Below, in pieces: positions 62,429 through 64,000 of a DNA stretch of 64,000 nt. How positions within the stretch are numbered: position 1 is the stretch's first letter; each line of letters begins with the position of its first letter. The translations under genes and the position numbers were made by a program. The stretch is from contig CAWGNL010000060.1 in the NCBI GenBank assembly GCA_963823885.1, positions 576 through 64,575 on the forward strand. Reading direction: 5' to 3'. The notes beneath the pieces were generated by a model. It did no database searches. It was not told the DNA's origin and saw only the letters and a list, made by a program, of their open reading frames with translations. The DNA is from an uncultured bacterium. GTDB lineage: Bacteria; Armatimonadota; UBA5829.

Positions 62429-63530
62429 CTACAACAATCCGTATTTGCTAATGTAACTGATCGAGAGGACCGAGTTCAAGACGGAGGAAATTTTGTTCCA
62501 GTCAGGTTTCTTGGTTTCCGGAACAAGCACGACATCTCCTGACTGCAAACTGACGTCCTGGCTCATGTCTCCTTTGTCGATAAGCCTCGCCAGGTTGCAC
62601 TTGACACGATCTGGTTTTCCCGGGGATCCGCGCACTACGATGGTCGATCTCATGGCCGCGATCCGTGGGCCCGCCTGCCAGGCTGATGGCCGCCATTACC
62701 GTGGTTTTCTTCTTGAGGTCGTAAATGCCCGGGCGCTGAACCTGGCCCAGCACGTAAATCTTGTCCTGATAGTCGGAAGGCGGTATGTATATGGTATCAG
62801 CGTTGCGGAGTTCATAGTTCTGCGTGAGGTCACCGTCCATCATTTTGCGCAGGTCCAGCGGGATGGGCTTGTCGGAACCCTTGTGCGTGAGCGTAGCACT
62901 CTCAAGCATCGCGGTATCCGTATAGCTTCCCGCCAACGCCACGGCATCCAATACCCTGTCGCCATCCTTGAACACACAGGCGCCCGGGCGGTTCACCTGT
63001 CCCAAGACGCGCACCAGGGGCTGGTGAAGTGTCATAATAGTGATCTGAACCTTCGCGTTGTACAGGATTTGCGCATCCGCAAGCTTCTTCACTATCTCCT
63101 CGGCGAGTTCGCCCTGAGTCAGCCCCGTAGCCTGAACCGGCCCCAGGAAAGGGATATTGACTTTACCATCCGTCGTAACCTGCATCTGAATGTTGGAAAG
63201 CTGCTGCTCGTTCCAGACGTCCAGTCGCAGAACGTCCTCTTCCACTATCCGGTAATTCTCACTAACCGCGGGTGGAACAGTCACAGCCGGGACAGGCACG
63301 GAAGGAGACACCCCGGCAGGTGGGGCAATCGCCGCGTTGGACGAAGCGCTGCTCGAAGTTGGGTACGTGGCTCCGGCCGCCGTCGCCGGATATGGATATG
63401 CGAGCAAGACAATGGCAGCCATGCAACAAAGCGCTGTGTGCGCAAGCGTCGATCTTCTCACCGATTCGCATCCTCCTAAGTCAGTCCTCAGCACTGGTCG
63501 CTCGTTACAATTATCGTCTGCGAGCTTCAC
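62429..63530 (-). CDS. Polysaccharide export protein (Wza-like: Poly_export plus SLBB domains; frameshift near 62650; start uncertain)
   Basis: YRIVEEDVLRLDVW...TTDGKVNIPFLGPVQATGLTQGELAEEI, VRVLGQVNRPG and IYVLGQVQRPGIY. The C-terminal piece is 62429..62653. Confidence 0.8.
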
Positions 63531-63870
63531 ATCTTTAGTTTTAGTATCATGCAGGACGCTTCATTTTACGCTCATCTCATGCAAATAGTTCCCGCCAAGC
63601 CTATATTCTTGGCCTTCTTCAAGCCCCGCCGTGCGTCCAACTCAAGTTTGGCACGTTTATTGCACATAAACAAGTGAGACCAAGGAGGCCGGGCCAATTC
63701 CCCCTGCTCCTTGAAGCTCGGTTGCCCAAATATCGGTCCGGAGCCGGTGGCTGCGGGGTCCATTCTGACCTCGAACCTCGAACTTCCGTCGGGGGCTGCA
63801 TATGTGCGGGGGTCCCGACTCTTGACTTTCTGACTTTGTGACTTTCGACTTTTCCGAAGGAGGATACATC

Positions 63871-64000
63871 GTGAAACGTGCCTTTGCTATACCGATCATA
63901 ATCGCGCTTATCGCGGCGCCCGGGCTTGCAGATACGCAAAAAGCGACAGGAACATTCCTGAAACATCCTGTATCAACAGTACGGGAACTGGTCCGCCAGG
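63871..64000 (+). CDS. 5' end of a secreted protein gene (partial; runs off the window)
   Basis: GTG at 63871, 7 nt after ggagga. It encodes VKRAFAIPIIIALIAAPGLADTQKA... (signal-peptide-like). Confidence 0.4.
   Translation, partial: MKRAFAIPIIIALIAAPGLADTQKATGTFLKHPVSTVRELVRQ

Overview
This is a 64-kb window of a high-GC bacterial chromosome with no phage or plasmid hallmarks. I count about 45 protein genes, mostly on the minus strand. They include mtlD with a DeoR regulator, a fused E1 alpha/beta 2-oxoacid dehydrogenase with its E2 13 kb away, an aconitase-family hydratase, metX-metW, and two Gfo/Idh/MocA oxidoreductases. Also present are STAS, PadR, OsmC, VapBC, a DUF1015 plus GH125-like pair, a DUF3866 plus M20 peptidase plus SIS protein group, cdd and maf. 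There are three very large secreted proteins. Two PEP-CTERM proteins are bracketed by two paralogous GT-C (ArnT/PMT-like) glycosyltransferases. A polysaccharide locus lies at 50-63.5 kb (five GT2-type genes, one GT9, a G5/LysM protein, and Wzc-like and Wza-like export proteins). The RNA genes are tRNA-Ile(GAT) and tRNA-Ala(TGC), behind a consensus sigma70 promoter and without adjacent rRNA.

The remarkable content is the intergenic DNA. By my manual estimate about one sixth of the window is nested palindromic repeats:
- One RAYT (REP-associated Y1/HUH transposase) sits between inverted REPINs.
- Roughly 80-90 REP-type hairpins share GTTTCGGGA/TCCCGAAAC arms.
- There are four tandem arrays: 26 units of 95/98 bp at 1-2485, 3 x 309 bp at 19.3 kb, a REPIN array at 35.2-36.15 kb, and 5 x 233 bp at 44.05-45.27 kb. 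Two of these have captured gene 5' ends.
- A 207-bp TIR element appears to be the progenitor of the first array.
- Several other palindromic families and pervasive STRR-like heptanucleotide repeats occur at gene boundaries.

The best candidate for something undescribed is a highly structured, non-coding element of about 470 bp. It has four full copies and three partial copies, all in one orientation. It sits exactly at gene 3' ends, and in three copies it shares the TAG stop codon.

Caveat: about half of the longer genes are broken by frameshifts. This looks more like indel errors in the assembly than biology, so gene ends at those sites are approximate.
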